A stretch of 64,000 nucleotides of DNA from the human T2T-CHM13v2.0 reference genome, Homo sapiens (GCF_009914755.1 NC_060928.1), one strand, 5' to 3'; numbered from the stretch's first letter, positions 27,091 to 43,150 are shown. Notes: generated from the sequence alone by a model not told the origin. A program made the numbers and translations.

Positions 27091-28929
27091 ATTTCCTATA
27101 TTTTAAGGAATTATGTTACTCTGGAATCCTGTAGGGGCCTTTTTACCCATGGCTCATTTATTTCTTCTCAGGCCTTTATTAAACAAGTATCTAGAGGTGT
27201 TTAGAAGGTTATAAATTAGCCACAGTGACAAATAAACCCCAACATTTCAATGGAGCCACATACTCAAAGTTTGTTTCTCACTCACATCTCAGTCCAATGA
27301 GGGTGTTCCTGGTTGGCACGCAGCTTTCCCTCTGTGGTAATTCCGGGTCCAGGGACATCTGCTTCTAGAAAACCCTGGCCCAGCTTTTTCCATTGGTAGG
27401 AACGTGGCCCCAAGCCAGTGCAAGTGGGGCTGGGAAACACTGCCTCTGGAGGGGCAGGTGCTCCCAGAAGCAACCTCATGGCATGAGAGAGGAAGCACAG
27501 ATGTTGGTGGTCAGCTAGCTGACTGCCACTCCAAGGTCCAGGAAGCCAGAGGGCACGGGGTTACAGGGGATTTGAGCCAGGATCCCAGCAAGGTCAGAAG
27601 ATATTTCTGTCTCCCTCCTATTTCCTCTTTTTCTTAGAAAGGAGTTATCCTTGTGTTCAAGGAAAGGCTGAATATGAGCAGGAACTGTTAAATATGGGAA
27701 GCACTGACATTTGGAGAAGACTGCCATAGATTTTTGCATACCTGGTATTTATTTAGATGGTCTTCTGCTGGAAACAGTACGGACCCCTCCCTCTTCTTGG
27801 AAGGACTATCCATCAAGGTACCCCCTGCCTCTGGCCACAGGATGGACACTTGACCCACAGTAGGCCAGACTCGCCCCTCTCTCTGGAATTTGAACCTTAA
27901 GCAATGTGACACAAAAACAGTCTCATTCTGGGGGTGGGGTCCTGAGAAGATACCATCCATTCCTTTCTGCTTCTTGGATCCCAAATGATGCTGCCTCAGT
28001 GTTTCTGGAGCCTGACACCTTAGCTTTGACTCTGTGGGTTGCCCCATGAGCTTACAATAAAGGTCTGGTTAATTAAGCCGGAGTTGGTCATTCCAACATC
28101 TCTCTCAACCTTCTACATTCAAGTCCTGAGGATGTCACATCCTGTACAGCTTGAATCTGTCTTCTTTCTAACACAACCTCCAATGCTACAATTCAGGTTC
28201 TTTCTATTGTTTGCCTGGACTTCACAAGACCCGCTAACTACTACCTTCATGTCCCCATGGAAACTTTTCTAAAATGCAAATACTGGTTTGAAAAATTACA
28301 ATACCACCCTTGGAGCAGCGAAATTATGCACCCATATACTGTTGGTGGAGTTATAATTTTTATAACCTTTTGGAAAGGCAATTTGGCCATATGTATCAAG
28401 AGCCATTAAAAAAAATACAGCCTTTGACCCAACATTTTCACTCGCAAGAATTTTTTTCCTGAAGAAGCAATTAGACATACATATAAAGGTTTATGTCTGA
28501 AATGTTCTCTGAACCATGCATTCATTCAACAAATATGGAATGCCTAGTATATGCCAGGTGCTATTATTATTACTTAAAATCACAAAATACTGGGGGAGTA
28601 AAAGAACTGTCCAGTTAGAGGGAATTGATTAAATGAACTTAGTTGTGGTTGGATGATAGAATACGATATAGTTACTAAAGACCATGTTTTTAGGAGAATA
28701 TTTAATGACATGGAGAAATTCACATTAAGAGAAAAAAGCCAGTTTCAAAAAAGTATATAATCTGAATGTTGAAGGAAGAAATACACATACACCAAAATAT
28801 TAATAGTGACTAACTCTAGGAATGAGATTTGAGTGATTTTTACTTTTTGCCCACGTTTCCATATATTTCTAACATTTAATAATAAAGAGAAAAATTATTT
28901 TTAAAAAATTACTTAAAAAGCAATCAGGA

Positions 28930-29226
28930 GGCCAGGCGCAGTGGCTCACGCTTGTAATCCCAGCACTTTGGGAGGTTGAGGTGGGTGGATCACGAGGTCA
29001 GGAGTTTGAGACCAGCCTGACTAACATGGTGAAACTCCGTCTCTACTAAAAATACAAAAATTAGCCGGGCATGGTGGCATGCACCTGTAATCCCAGCTAC
29101 TCGGGAAGCTTGAATCCAGGAGGCGGAGGTTGCAGTGAGCCAAGATCGCACCACTGCACTCCAGCCTCGGCGACAGAGTGAGACTCTGTCTCAAAAAAAA
29201 AAAAACAAAACAAAACAAAAAAAAAA
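28930..29226 (+). mobile_element. AluS (short deletion in right arm)
   Basis: Alu consensus; TSD gcaatca(g/a)ga. Confidence 0.92.
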
Positions 29227-29619
29227 CGCAATCAAGAAATATGATCATGACTCTACATGAAACCCATCAATAATTCTTCATTTGCAGAATAAAGTATAAA
29301 CTGCCCCAGCATCAGCTCCCCGACATCTCCCACCTCCCCACCACTTCCCCAGTTCAGCTCGGGAAGCAGCCACGTCCACCAGCATCTCAGATCTTTCATA
29401 CCTCAGGGCCCTTAGCCACGCGGTAGGCCCCCTTCCTGCGACTGCCCCCTCTGTCTTTGCTCATTCAACAAATATTTATTATTCTGAGCTCTGTTCTGAG
29501 CACTAAGGATGCCAGTCAACATAATAGACAAAGTCCCTGGCTTTGCCTCCACTTGTTGCGGATTTCATGTCCCAGCAGAGGAAGACGGATAACAAACATA
29601 TACACAAGTAGAGATGAGT

Positions 29620-30066
29620 TGTGTTAGTTTCCTATTTCTGCTATAACACATTACCACAGATCTAGTGGCCTAAAACATCACAAACTCATTCTGTCCCAGT
29701 TCTTGACGTCAGAAGCCCAAACAAGTCTTGCAGGGCTGAAATGACGGTGTGAGCAGGGCTGGTTCCCTCTGGAGGCTCCAGGGGAGAATCTGTCTCCTTG
29801 ACTTTCTCAGGTCTCGGTGGCCCCTTCCTCCATCTGCAAAGCAGCTCCGCAGTGTAGCTCTCTGCCTCTGGCCTCCTGCCTCTCTCTTGTAAGGGCTCTT
29901 GTGATTATGTCAGGCCTACCTGAATGATCCAAGATAATTTTCCTGAAATCTCAAGATCCTTAACTTAATCATGTCTGCAAAGTCCATTTTGCCACATAAG
30001 GTAATACATTCACATGTTCTAAGGATTGGAACATGGACATACTTTAAGGGCCACGATTCAGCCTAC
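29620..30066 (-). mobile_element. MLT1 solo LTR
   Basis: tgtgttagtttcctatttctgctataaca...ggctccaggggagaatctg...ccataaggtaatacattcaca. Confidence 0.78.
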
Positions 30067-30231
30067 CCCGTGTGGGATGTCATATATGTTGAGTGCTTTG
30101 GCACAAGGGAAGTGAGTTTGCTCTTCATGTGAGGGAGTCAGAAAAGGCCTCACTGATAAAGAGACATCAGAGTGTGGAGCCTACCTCCTTTGACACTCCT
30201 GTCATTGTGCTTGCAAAAGTATTCATTTTCC

Positions 30232-30331
30232 TAATCCCAGCACTTTGGGAGGCTGAGGTGGGTGGATCACTTGAGGTCAGGAGTTCAAGACTAGCCTGGC
30301 CAACAAAGTGAAACCCTGTCTCTACTAAAAA
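30232..30331 (+). mobile_element. Alu left-arm fragment
   Basis: taatcccagcactttgggaggctgagg...tctctactaaaa. Confidence 0.85.
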
Positions 30332-33300
30332 CAATCATGTCACTTGCTTACTAGGATTAATTTGGGAATCCAGTAAGGATACAAATATGGTAAACTTCTA
30401 GCGCTTGTCTTATTGCAGGAACTCCATCAATGACAGACAGTTGTGCTGTGATATTGGGGGTGAAGAAGAGTTGATAGAAAAGAAGTTTTGAGAATTTGTT
30501 CCTAGTCACTTAAAATGAAGCTGGGGTCAGAGCTGAAGGCCTACTCGATGTCAGCACTACCCTCCCCAGCCTGGGCCCTCGGTGCCTTTTTGGCAGGGAC
30601 CTGGTCTTCCTCATGTCGTATCTTCCACAGGGCCTAGGACATATTTGCTTAGCTCAGCAAATATGTATTGAGCGCCTGCTGTGTACCAGGAACTGCGCTA
30701 GAAGCCAAGGATACATGAAGAAACAAAACAGAAGCGGCCGGACTCTGAGGCCAGTAAGTCTCATGGGGCAAAAAGGGGCCTGTATCTCGGCCGTGTGGCG
30801 ACGTTATTTGCCTCAAAAAACGCCTAGGCCGGAACCCCTGCATTTCAGGCTCCTGTGGAATTTTGAGAGAAGACAGTACTTTCTTAAGCTGTTCCGTATT
30901 TTCCATGCAGGCTTCCATTGACAGAAATCCCACTTTGCATCTGTGAAATTTGCTAACGCACGATTCTGCTCTAGTGCATCGTGAGGCAGTTTATGACATC
31001 CGTGCAGCTCTGGTAAAGAGCGTGCTTAAAACGAGGGGGAAAAGCACCGCCGCAGGAGCAGAGCAGTGGACTCTCAGGGAATTTCCATTTTCTCCTGTCT
31101 TAGCGCTGTTAACCATCACGCTTGGCGTTGCCTGACTTCGACATGCGATCACGGCTGCTAGTTCTGAGAGAATGTGAGTTTCCTGGTGAAACTCTCTCTC
31201 AACTCTAAGATGGACCTTGACGGAATGCCAAATGTCTCTGGCCTTCCAACATGATAAAGGGCCTCCACGATGCTTTCTGCTTTTCTCCCTCTGCAAAGGT
31301 GGCAGTGAGGAGCTTTCTCTGGTGGCTGTTGCATGGACCCTGTCCCCTTGGATGGCTGTGCCTGCAGATTGTCAGGCCGTTGTCTCTGCTTCCCCAGCCC
31401 GCAGAAAGGTCACCGACAGGGCTGTGGCACATGCAACTTGGCCCTCACCGTGGAGGAGATGGGGCAGCTTCTGTACAGGTTCTGATCAGGTGGCCACGGC
31501 AATGACTGGGGATGCCAGGGACACACTGGACTGTCCCGAGCACGGCGACTTCCCTGGTTTTGCTACCTCTCTTCCACCTGCACTGCACTCCGGGGCTCTG
31601 ATTTTCACCTTGCTCGCTGACCCCCGCCTCCTGTTTCATGGGTCTTCTTTTCCTGCCATCAGCATCTTTTCTCTGAGACGCCGCTTGGATTTTCTTTCCT
31701 GCCTGTTTGTCCTAGACACCGGCAGGAGTTCAAGAATGATGTGACACAGTGATGTGGCCATGGGGTCTGTGCAGACTGACCTGGCCTGTTTCAAAATTTA
31801 AATTTTGTTTTAAGTCATAAAAGGGCTACAAAAGCCTTACACTAAATAAGAAAAACTATCCCATCCGGGGGCCTAATCCCTGCCCCGTTCTGCTCGGCTT
31901 GCCTCCCTCATTATACTTGTATAATACAGTATGGTTTCTATCGCGTATTTCCTTCCTGTTTTTACACTTATTCTTGCTTCACTGACTTTATTATCGGCAG
32001 AATTTTGCAGCATTTTTTTTACACAGCCATAAATACTCTTCAATTCAACAAATGCATACAAATGGTTTCCATTAGAATTTTAATCTACTCTCAAAATGAA
32101 AGAAAAGCTTAATATAAATCTTTTTAAATTACCAGAACATAAATTCACACAGGGACAGTTCCTCCTAGGCCACGCACAAGGGGTCGCATCCTGCCGTCCT
32201 CCCTCAGAAATTAATTGAGCTCTCTTGCCGCCGTAAACGAACAGTGCATCTGGAAAGATCGTATCTGTCAAGATTGCAGATTGGTTTCCCTCAGACTTTG
32301 TAAAAGTCACAGCTTACAATACGTTCATTATACCGATGAGAATGGCTGTCCTCCCAACTGGAAAGAAATAGGTGTTTTGTTCTGTTGGACCAAGATTTAC
32401 AGAAAGCAATTTTCCTCCATGCAGGAGATATGACAAACCTGCTGGAAAAAAATGTCATTTCACAACTTCTTTCATTTCATCACCTTTTTTTACTGCTAGA
32501 TGTAGATTCTCTCCCCTGTGCGAACGGGCTGTAGTGACATTTAATGGCTAAGTGAGGGAGTCACCAATGAGTGGAGGCACCTTTCTGAGGGGCTAAGGTA
32601 AGAGGGTTTCCATGCCTCTCCCTCTCCCCCTATGTCCGGGGCTGTCTGGAAGCGTCCCAGCATCTGCCGGAGTGAGGGAGGGACGCGGTGAGTCCCTTGA
32701 GCCCCTCAGCCAACTTGAACTTAGGAACTCATGTGAATCTTGTGTCTCTCTCTTGTAAGCAGCTGAAGTTGCCTCAGTTTTCCTGTTGTTTGCTGAGCCC
32801 AAGAACCCCAGCGTGCCCACTCTGTCCTTGGCTGACAGCAGCACGCTGTCTCAGGAGGACGGCTGAAGGGCAGAGTTTGGGCTTAGATGTTTTTTTTCCA
32901 TTTCCTCATGTCATAACCTAATGCTGTTCTAGCAGAGCTTCTGCATATTAAATTGCCTTTTAGCCACTGGGAAGGGGGTGGCGTGATCTATGGAGAAAAG
33001 GACCCTCATGTAAATGTATGATGGTGACACAACCCCACAGAGGAGAAAGGGCAAGACTAACCCGGAGACCAGGGGTCAGCAAACCCCGGGAAACGTCACT
33101 CTTTACAGCCACTTCTCTCTCCTTGAGTCAAGAGCCACTGTTCCGAGCTTTCCGTCACAGCAGCTCATGGCAGCCCTATCACCGCCTGTTCTCTGGGCTG
33201 GGGCTGGTGAGAAGGCCGAGGAAGTCTGAGGCAGGGTGTGTGGGAGGGCTTTTGGTTCCAAGAGCTTCTCTGAGCTCTGTGTACCAGCGAGAAAGCAGGC

Positions 33301-33963
33301 AGCGAAGGCAAGATCAAACCTTGCTCCTGCCAAGCGGGAGAGGCTGGCTTCGGGTGGTAATTTGTGCTGCAGGTGAGGCTCCCTACCTGGGCGGCCACTT
33401 AGCTGCACCAGGCAGGGAGGGCAGGGCCACCAGAAGGCCTGGTGGGCATTGTTTCCATGGGCTGGAAAGATTTTTGCAAATCTTTCTGCAAATGATGATC
33501 TCTATCCACATAAAGTGGCATAATAGCCTCTTTGCTTTACCGAGTGCTGCTGGCTGTTCAAGTGCTTATTTCTTGATTCTTGGCCCATTTGCTTTCCATT
33601 AGCAGTAATCCCAAGCCTGCAAAACTCCAATTACTAAGTGATAATAGAAATGCAGCTCTGCCTCGGAGTCTCTGGAGCTCAGGGTCCAGAGTGGGCCAGG
33701 GTTCCACGCACAGCCACATTGCAATCATATTTATGACATGTGAGCAAGACATCTGGCCGGTCCCCGGGTTAAAGACCCAGGGGAGCCGAGTGGGCATTCT
33801 CAGGGGGTGTCTGCACCGCAGATCCCAGGGAGCTGGTGGAAACAGGACAGGTGTTCCCAAGACAGTCCAGGATGCTCAGACAGCGTAGGAGGAATGGAGG
33901 CTACAATGGACGGAGCTGAAGGAATGTGTGCTGCTCCTTTGAATTCTGGGGTTGGAGGAAAGG

Positions 33964-34339
33964 TGTGCTAGGGACTGAGCTGTGTCCCTCTCCCAAATTC
34001 ATATGTCAAAACTTTAACCCTCCATGTGAGGGTTTTTGGAGGTAGGGCCTTTATAGGTAATTAGGTTTGGATGCAGTCATGAGGGTATCGCCCTTACGAT
34101 GGGATTAGTAGCTTTCTAAGAGACCAGAGCCGTTGCTCCCGGCCCCACTCCCTGCCAGGTGAGCCCACAGTGAGAAGGCGGCCGTCCACAAGCCAGGAAG
34201 AGAGCCCTCACCAGAACCCGGCCATGCCAGCACCTGATCTCAGACTTCCCAGCCTCCAGAACAGTGAGAAGTAAAGGCTTATTGTTTAAGCCGCCCAGTC
34301 CCTTGTATTTAGTTATGGGCAGCTGAGCAGACTGCAACA
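33964..34339 (+). mobile_element. MLT1A-like solo LTR
   Basis: tgtgtccctctcccaaattcatatg...agccaggaagagagccctcaccagaacc...gcagactgcaaca. Confidence 0.82.
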
Positions 34340-34469
34340 GGATGACAGGAGAGAGAATGATTGTAGATTCAGAGTGAGGTGGGGCTCAAAGTCAGAACTT
34401 CAGAACTGAGCCCAAAATGATCAGAAAATTCACCCCCTAGGTGGCTGCTGGTGAAAATTCACTACTCTA

Positions 34470-35325
<856 letters not shown>

Positions 35326-37008
35326 GTTTACAAAGGAGATGGTCAGACAGTACAACAGCACTCAGGTCAGTCCAGCTGCCCCCTCATCCCACCAGCTCCT
35401 TCCCAAAAGATTGACCACTGGACTTTTTCTCATAGGAAGCACTGCCCTCCGCACCAAGCTCCCTTCACATCCTGATCAGCGCTGCTCTCGGCTGCTGCTT
35501 CTTGCTTCAAGCCCCCAGGAATATCTCCCTTTTTTTTAATTCCATTTCTCTCTCAACCTTAAAACTATCCACCACCCTTAGTCTGTTCCATTATCAAGCC
35601 CTTCTGCTGACTTTCACCAAGCACTGTCATTTCTTCTTCCACATTTTCTTTCAAATTCTCCAAGATCCTCTTTTAAATATACTAGCAAGGCAGACTCGCC
35701 TGACTTTTCCCTAGTTCACACCTAGGGACAAACAGATCCAAAAAAGTCAATAGAATTTGTAGGGGATCCTGATAAGGACTTGGCTGATTTTTGTTGCCTG
35801 GTTTAGACCGCTGCAGTTTTGTGCCCCTCAGAAATCTCATAATTTATGACTGCTGCCAGCGGGCAAAAATGTGGAGCGTTTGTCCTCAAACAGAGTCTGT
35901 TGTAAAAGTGTTCTTTCTAACGGTAAAGAGCAGCAAAGAAAACAGGCTGCTGTGTTCTTCCTCTCTGATGCCTCTGACCTCGTTGAGTAGCTTCTCACTC
36001 AAATTGTTCATTGTGGCACCAGCCACATTCTTTTTGAGATTTTAAAAAATTAACAGACTCCTTTTTTAGAGCAGTTTTAGTTTTATGGAAAAATTGACTG
36101 GAAAGTATACAGAGTTCCTATATTAATGCCTTGGTCTCCTCCCCACCATCGTTTCTCCTATTATTGACACCTTGATTCTGACTCTGGGGCTGCCCTCTCT
36201 CAGGAACTGCAGCTGACCTGGGTGCCCAGTGCCTGTCCCACGCTAGAGAGGATCCGAGTCCAGCGTCTAGCTCTGCACAGCCTTTCTCCACTGCAGTGGG
36301 CCTGACTGTGATCAGCCCTGCTCTGAGACAGGAAGGCCCGAGGGCTGTTGCGTGGCCCATCTGCAGGGGCATCGGTGGTGTGACAGGTGTCCCACCATGT
36401 CACGTGGGGTGGATGTCCACTGCCTGAACCCTGAAGGCCAGGCAAGGAGCCAAGGCCAGGGGGGCCCAGCGAGGAGCGTGTGTCCCTGGGAGTATCTGGG
36501 AACCTACCCAGGAAGGCAGTCCCATCACACACAGCAGGCCAGGAACCAGAGACTTTGCTTAGTGATGGCAGCAGTGCGAACCTCTAGAGCTGTCCTGCCG
36601 CCACCCAGGAGGGCCCTCAATAGAGTCATCTACTGGCCAAGCTGGACTTGTCCGAGCCAATCTTCGGTTTCTCAGCACCTTCCCAGTTTGGGGTGTGAGG
36701 GTGCAGAGTGGGGACAAAGTCCCAAGTCTTTCTTATAATAGCATCCTGCACAGAGATTACTGTAGGATGGTGCTCCCAGCGGGGAACAGCATGGCCCCTG
36801 CCACACAGATGCCAAGCAGTCCCTGGGGGTGGAATGACAGACGCCCTCTCTAGGAAGACACTGTATTACACACAAGGAGTGGAGTCAGTTTATACCATGC
36901 CCTGGTCTGCCCTGGAGATGGAAAAGGGAGTCTGACTGGACAATGGAGAGCTTTTTGGATCAAGACTTCCATAGATCCAGTGTATCCCTTTACTCAGTCA
37001 GTCACTTA

Positions 37009-37332
<324 letters not shown>

Positions 37333-40300
37333 CTAGAGAGTCAAGAGGAATAAAGCAGGCTTGGCCCTGCTGTTTTGGGGGGACACAAACAGAAAACAGT
37401 AAGACAAATAGACAAAAGAGTTATGTAAAGAAAGAAACTGGGTGACCTGATGGTTACTGGGAGGTGGGGGTCTTGGGGGTGCTGGTAGACAGGGTGGGCC
37501 AGGGTGGGCCCCTCTGAGGAGCGGACTCTGAGTGGAAGTGCTGGAAATAGGAAGGAGGAAACTGTGGGAAGAGCTGGCGGAGAGAATTCTCACCTGGGAA
37601 GAAGAAATAGCAAGTGCAGCTGCCGATCTGGAAAGGAACGCTCGAGAAGGAAAACAGGCCGGCAAGGCTAGGGCATCAGGAATCGGAAGGCAGGAGCAGA
37701 GAGGCTGGAAAGCCAGCTGTGGTGGAGGGCCACAGACTACGGCTCCCATTTGCCTGCCTTAGCACCCAGCTTCATGAGCTGTCCCAAGACCCCATGTCAC
37801 TTGGCCCAGTGTCTTGGTATGGGCACCAGCCTCCAAGCTGGGGAACCTGAGTTCTCAGCCCCGTTCTACCTCTAGAGCTGTGCAAGCCTGCCTAAGTCCT
37901 AACTGCATGTCCTTATCTACAAAGCAATGCTGGAGATACGATTCTAAACTCTAATATTCTCCAGCAACGACTGTGCCATGCCGGCCACACAGATGACTCA
38001 CAAAGAACTCCAGCACTCCCAATGCCAAGGTGCCGGGCTTGCATTGACAGAGTCCAGGATCTTCGCCTGCAAACCCTGCTGCTGCTCCTCCGAGAGTGGA
38101 AACCTGCCAACCCGCAGCCGAGGGACAGTAACAACTCACTTGGCCAGTGAGCAATGTCACAGCTGTGTCCAAGAGAGGAGAGGCAGGAGGAAAGAGGTAA
38201 CAGGCAGGAAGCCCACTCCCAGACAATGAGCGTCTTCAGAGTCCTGACGTAGCAGAAGTCTAAATTGAAACATCCCGGTGCAGCGGGGTGATTGCACTAA
38301 AGCAAGTTGGCAAAACATCAGACAGCAGGTACCATGGCTGCCTGTGACGGGAGGCTCCGGCTGACTTCCTAATTGGGCCAAAGCACCTCGAGTGCCCTGA
38401 AGTTCACTTGCACTGCCATCAGCGGCTAAAACAAAGAATCCTTTCATCAATTAAAATGTGTTTCCAAGGCAGCGTTTTGCTCTTCCCTGGAGGAGCTGCT
38501 GGCCTTGCTCTTGTGATCTGTGCTGGCTTTGAGACCCGCAGCTGGGGCTGCAAACCCAGCAAGCCTGGAGCCCCCGCCCAGGCCTCAGCATGTGCTGCTT
38601 GGACTTAGCCCTGCTATGGATTTAGTGACTGTTCACTTTGCTCCTCCCTACTCACGACCCAACAGACAATGTTTAGCCAAAGGTGCTTTGGGGCAGGAGG
38701 GGCACACTCCACCTTGGTCTCTTCTGTGCGTGCTCACCGTGACTCAGAGATGCTCGGCCATGACGCTTCTCATCAATCTGCTGCTGCTGTTTGGTAAAGA
38801 GCCCCACTTTTTCGTGGGTGGGGGGGGGAGGCATGTGTGGCCACGCTGCTCCTCACCTCTTTTTCCTGTGATTCTCGTAAGAACCTTTCAGAACCCTCTC
38901 CTCCCTGCTCCCACCCCTTTAAAGACAGTAGTAGCTGCTTAATCAAAATGTGCCCATGAGCACTGATGTTCTGAGTCGGTAGCAAAGGGCTGGATGTATT
39001 TATATGTGTATTTTTGTCAGGCACTTATCTTATGCCAGTGTGCGCCTTCCTCTGCCTCCTGGGTATGACCTGGGGCCAGCCTGTTTCTGTCAACGGCACC
39101 AGGGAAACAGTAGAAAGGAGAGGAACGTAGAGTCGTTATGAGTCTGTGAAATTTGGGAAATTAAATGAAAAGTCCACTGTGCCCTCCACTCAGCCTCTCC
39201 CTCTTGGAAGGCAGAGCTGCGGGGGGAAAGGCTGAAATCAGCTTCATTTCCCTCCATTCCTGACTCTAACAATACAGGAGAATCAAGGTCAGAAAACATG
39301 CAGAGAACACGCTCACAGTATGGAGTTTCTTCTAAGTAATACTTTTCTGATTCATTTTATTACAAAATTAAATAGTTGATCCATTTGAACTCTCATGAAT
39401 AGATATTAAATGTTGCTTATTATAAGAATGCTAATAAATCATTAGTTTTTTTAATAAAAAAAATTAACCACCAAATGGCTAACAAATTAAATTTAAATCA
39501 TTAAGTCTGATATTCCTAGAGAGGATCACAGGGGGTGGTACATTAGAGAACCTGTTTTTATTTTGTTTGGTTTTAAACACAAAGAGCCCGTGCTGGCTGC
39601 TGGCTCGAGCCTCCCTGGCCCCTTTCCAGACAGCAGCGAGCATCTGTGAGGCAGCTGACCAGGCGGAGCGGCCGTTTGGAGGGTGGCCGGGCTACCTGGG
39701 CTACGGGGCCGAGTCCGTGACCTCAGCCTCATTAGTCCTGGCTCTAACCAGCCGCGCTAATCAGCGCCAACATGTGCTGCTCAGGTGTTGATTGCTCTGT
39801 TGCTCATCACCCCTTCTAGGGCTGCCACACGTAATTAAAAGCTCTACCGCGAAGATGGCCAATCAGCCTCAGCTAAGCTTAGAAAGAACTATTGTCCCCT
39901 CTCAGTGTAAAGGATGCAAGAAACAGGAAGCCCCTGGTATGGGGACACAGTTTAATCAGAACTCAGAGCGCACCTTTCCAGCTGTCTGCCTGGACTGCAG
40001 AGAGACCTTGGCTGAATATTTCATCCTCTTGAAATATACTGCTGCGACCTGACTGAACATTTTCACACAGGGGCTTTAAATTAGAAGAGAGTCTGTGATA
40101 TTCTCATTTGTAAAACCATAACAAACTGTTTCATTTGATCAGCTGCAGCAAACCAAGATAGCCTGGTATATACCAAGAGTTTGTCTATTTTTTTTCTTCT
40201 CTTAAAGCAATGATATTAATCATACCTTGCATATTCACTATATTATAGGAGATAAAAATAGAGGTAAAAAGAAAATGATCAATTCTTTAAAAAAAAAAAT

Positions 40301-40367
40301 CTAATTCTTCCCCCATCAGGTGATGTCATCCGGGCCAAGAAATGCAGACATAGAAAGGGGCAAAGTC

Positions 40368-40586
40368 TTGGTGGTGCGTGCCTGTAATCCCAGCTACTCG
40401 GGAGGCTGAGGCAGGAGAATCACTTGGCCCGGGAGGTGGAGGCTGTGGGGAGTTGAGATTGTGCCACTGCACTCCAGCCTGGGTGACAAGAGTGAAGCTC
40501 TGTCAAAAAGAAAGAAAGAAAGAGAGAGAGAGACAGAGAAAAAAAAAGAAAGAAAAAGAGAAAGAAAGAAAGAAAGACAGACAGAC

Positions 40587-40645
<59 letters not shown>

Positions 40646-40659
40646 GAACGAACGAACAA
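40368..40659 (+). mobile_element. Alu right arm with long complex (GAAA)n/(GA)n tail (40505-40659)
   Basis: Right-arm consensus followed by ~150 nt of purine-rich STR, including about 13 GAAA units. Confidence 0.9.
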
Positions 40660-40774
40660 AGTCAACAGCGAACAGACACTTCCAAAGTGCCTTTCGGGCT
40701 ATAACCGTACTGTCATCTAAGGCAGCTGGCACCTCAAAGCATGAGCCTACAGATTCTTTCATGGGGTCTACCCT

Positions 40775-42112
40775 GTCAAAATGATCTTCATTATAATACT
40801 AAGATGTTTTTTGCCTTTTTTCACTGTGTGGACATTTGCACTATGCAACCAAAGCAATGGTGAGGAAAAGTGAGGGTGAAGGAATCAGAGGCAGTGGCGC
40901 CCACGTGCACTCTTCACCACCACATGCTCAGGGAAGAAAACAAAGGCAGAGAAGTAAAAAGACCATTTCCCTTAAGATGTCCTCAGCGATGCCGGCAGGA
41001 AAAAGTATTACTTGTAGGGAACCTCCACGTTGACGAGTCATCTTTTTCACACTTCCTGGGTGAGATGGGAAGCGTGCATGAAGCACCTCTGCACGTTGTC
41101 CTTAGGAAGAGTGCCACGCTCTTCCTGTTTGAGTTGCAAGCTCAACTAGCCCCTTTGTTCATGGGATGCCATTTTTACTTCAAAGAAAGAGTGACTGTGG
41201 ATACTCAGATTTGGGGACATGACAGACATTTTCTTTGAAAATGAACAAAGTAAGCTATTTATCACTTTGAGGGAAATGAAGTGATCAAATGATAAAATTC
41301 ACGCTTTCAAGATAAAATCCGAATTTTGGAAAACTTGTTATCGGTCACTGTGAACTTGACAGCTTCCCAGTACTTAAAGAGAGAGATTTTTCTCAAATTA
41401 GTGGTGATGTTTACAAAAGTGATTTGGGGACGTTGTATAATGAAATGTGTCAAGTCTTGAAAGATCTGCATCATTCAATGAACTGGTAGTTTCCAAATGA
41501 CCAATAGTATCATGCATGGGTTAAACATCAATTCAAAATACAAGATAGACCAAATGATTTTAATGTAAGATAATAGGAAATACTCATTAATATGATTTCA
41601 GATTTCACATTGCAACTAGCTTTTAAGAAACTTTCATATATCAAATTGTGGTGTGGTATCAAAGACTATCCACAATTTTCTGAAAATGCTATTAAAATAT
41701 GCCTCCCCTTTCCAACTATATATCTGGGTTTGGCTGGATTTTCTCCACATATTTCAGCCAAAACAACTTACTGCAACAGATAGAAAACACACAGAAATGA
41801 GAATCCAGCTGTTTTCTATTAAGCCAGACACGAAAAACAGTTGCAAAAATGTAACACGATGCTGCTTTTTTCATTAAACATTTTTTGTTGTTCTGGAAAA
41901 TAGTTATTCTTTCGTAAAAGTATGTTATTTATGTTAACATGTAAAGGGTTTACTATTGGTATTTTAAATGAATTAAAATATTTTTTAAATTTCTCAGTTT
42001 TAATTTCTAATGTAAATATTGATAAATATAACCCATGAAACTAAAGTTTCTTTGGGGTCCTCAGTAATTTTTAAGAGTGTAAAGGGGCCCTGAGACCAAA
42101 ATGTTTAAAAAA
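40775..42112 (+). mobile_element. Charlie1-type hAT DNA transposon remnant
   Basis: Degenerate transposase-like region and the 3' end tttggggtcctcagtaatttttaagagtgtaaaggggccctgagaccaaaa. Confidence 0.75.
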
Positions 42113-42669
42113 AATGTTAGCATGAGGCAGCAGGAGAAAGAGGCTCCAGAAGAAGCAGTAGCACAGGGAATGTTCCAGATTAAAGGGGCTAACGAGACAT
42201 GACAACAAAATGCAATACCAAACTCTAGACTGTATCCCATATGGAAAACACCAGAAAGAAACGTATTGGGTCAACTGACAAAATTGGGATAGGAATAATA
42301 AATTAAAATATTCTAACCATGTTAAACATATTATTGTCAATAACTATACTTAACTATACTGGATATGAAAATGTCCCTATTCTTAGGAAACAAACGCTGA
42401 GTATTTAGGGGCCAGAGACCATGTTGTAACTGACCCTCAAGTGGTATGCGTGCCTATGTATATATATCACTCTTTCATAGCTGTGACCAGCTAAGAAACT
42501 AAGATTTCCTGCACAGGAGTTTGAAAGTCAACGTGAAGGTCACAAAATTCCTATGAAGCAAGTATCATTTTTCAACTCAACAACAACTTTAACACTGAGG
42601 ATGCGAAGAACCACTGAGTAGAAATTACACAATTAAACTGTTATACAATTTTCCAAGCAAGGGGTATGT

Positions 42670-43150
42670 TGTGGCCAACAGCATGAATGACAGCAGTTAC
42701 TAGCCTCTTTCTCCCCTGCAGCCTCCTCTATCGAATGTGGAATGCCAAGGACCCTGTCAGCCTCCCTTGCAGCTAGGGGTGGCCATGTGACTGGCTATGG
42801 CCCAAGGGATGGAAGAGAATACTTGCTGGGGCTTCTGAGAAAGTTTCTGCTTTTCTGATCAAAGGTATAGCCAAGAGCAGAGAAGCCTCATCCCCACTCT
42901 GCCACCCATCTCCTTCTTGCATTTAGTGTGAATGGGATGCCTGAAGTTTTTGACAAAACAAGCCTGAAGATATAAAGCAAAAGACAGAAATAAAGAAAAA
43001 AACCTAGATCTTTGCAGACATCATGGACCAGCTGACCCAACTCCAGCAAATGCTTACCACCGTACTTGTTATGTGAGGAAAAATATGCTACTTGTTTAGT
43101 CACTGAGAGTCAGGGGCCTGTTACTTACAGCTACATGCATTACTAATGCC
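42670..43150 (+). mobile_element. Old MLT1 (J/K-like) LTR fragment
   Basis: cagcctcccttgcagctaggggtggccatgtgact...cttgttatgtgagg...gttacttacagc. Confidence 0.6.

Noticed and set aside
40775-42112. Charlie1 remnant as a domesticated transposase
   Set aside because: The reading frame is broken by stops and indels; only short fragments are open.
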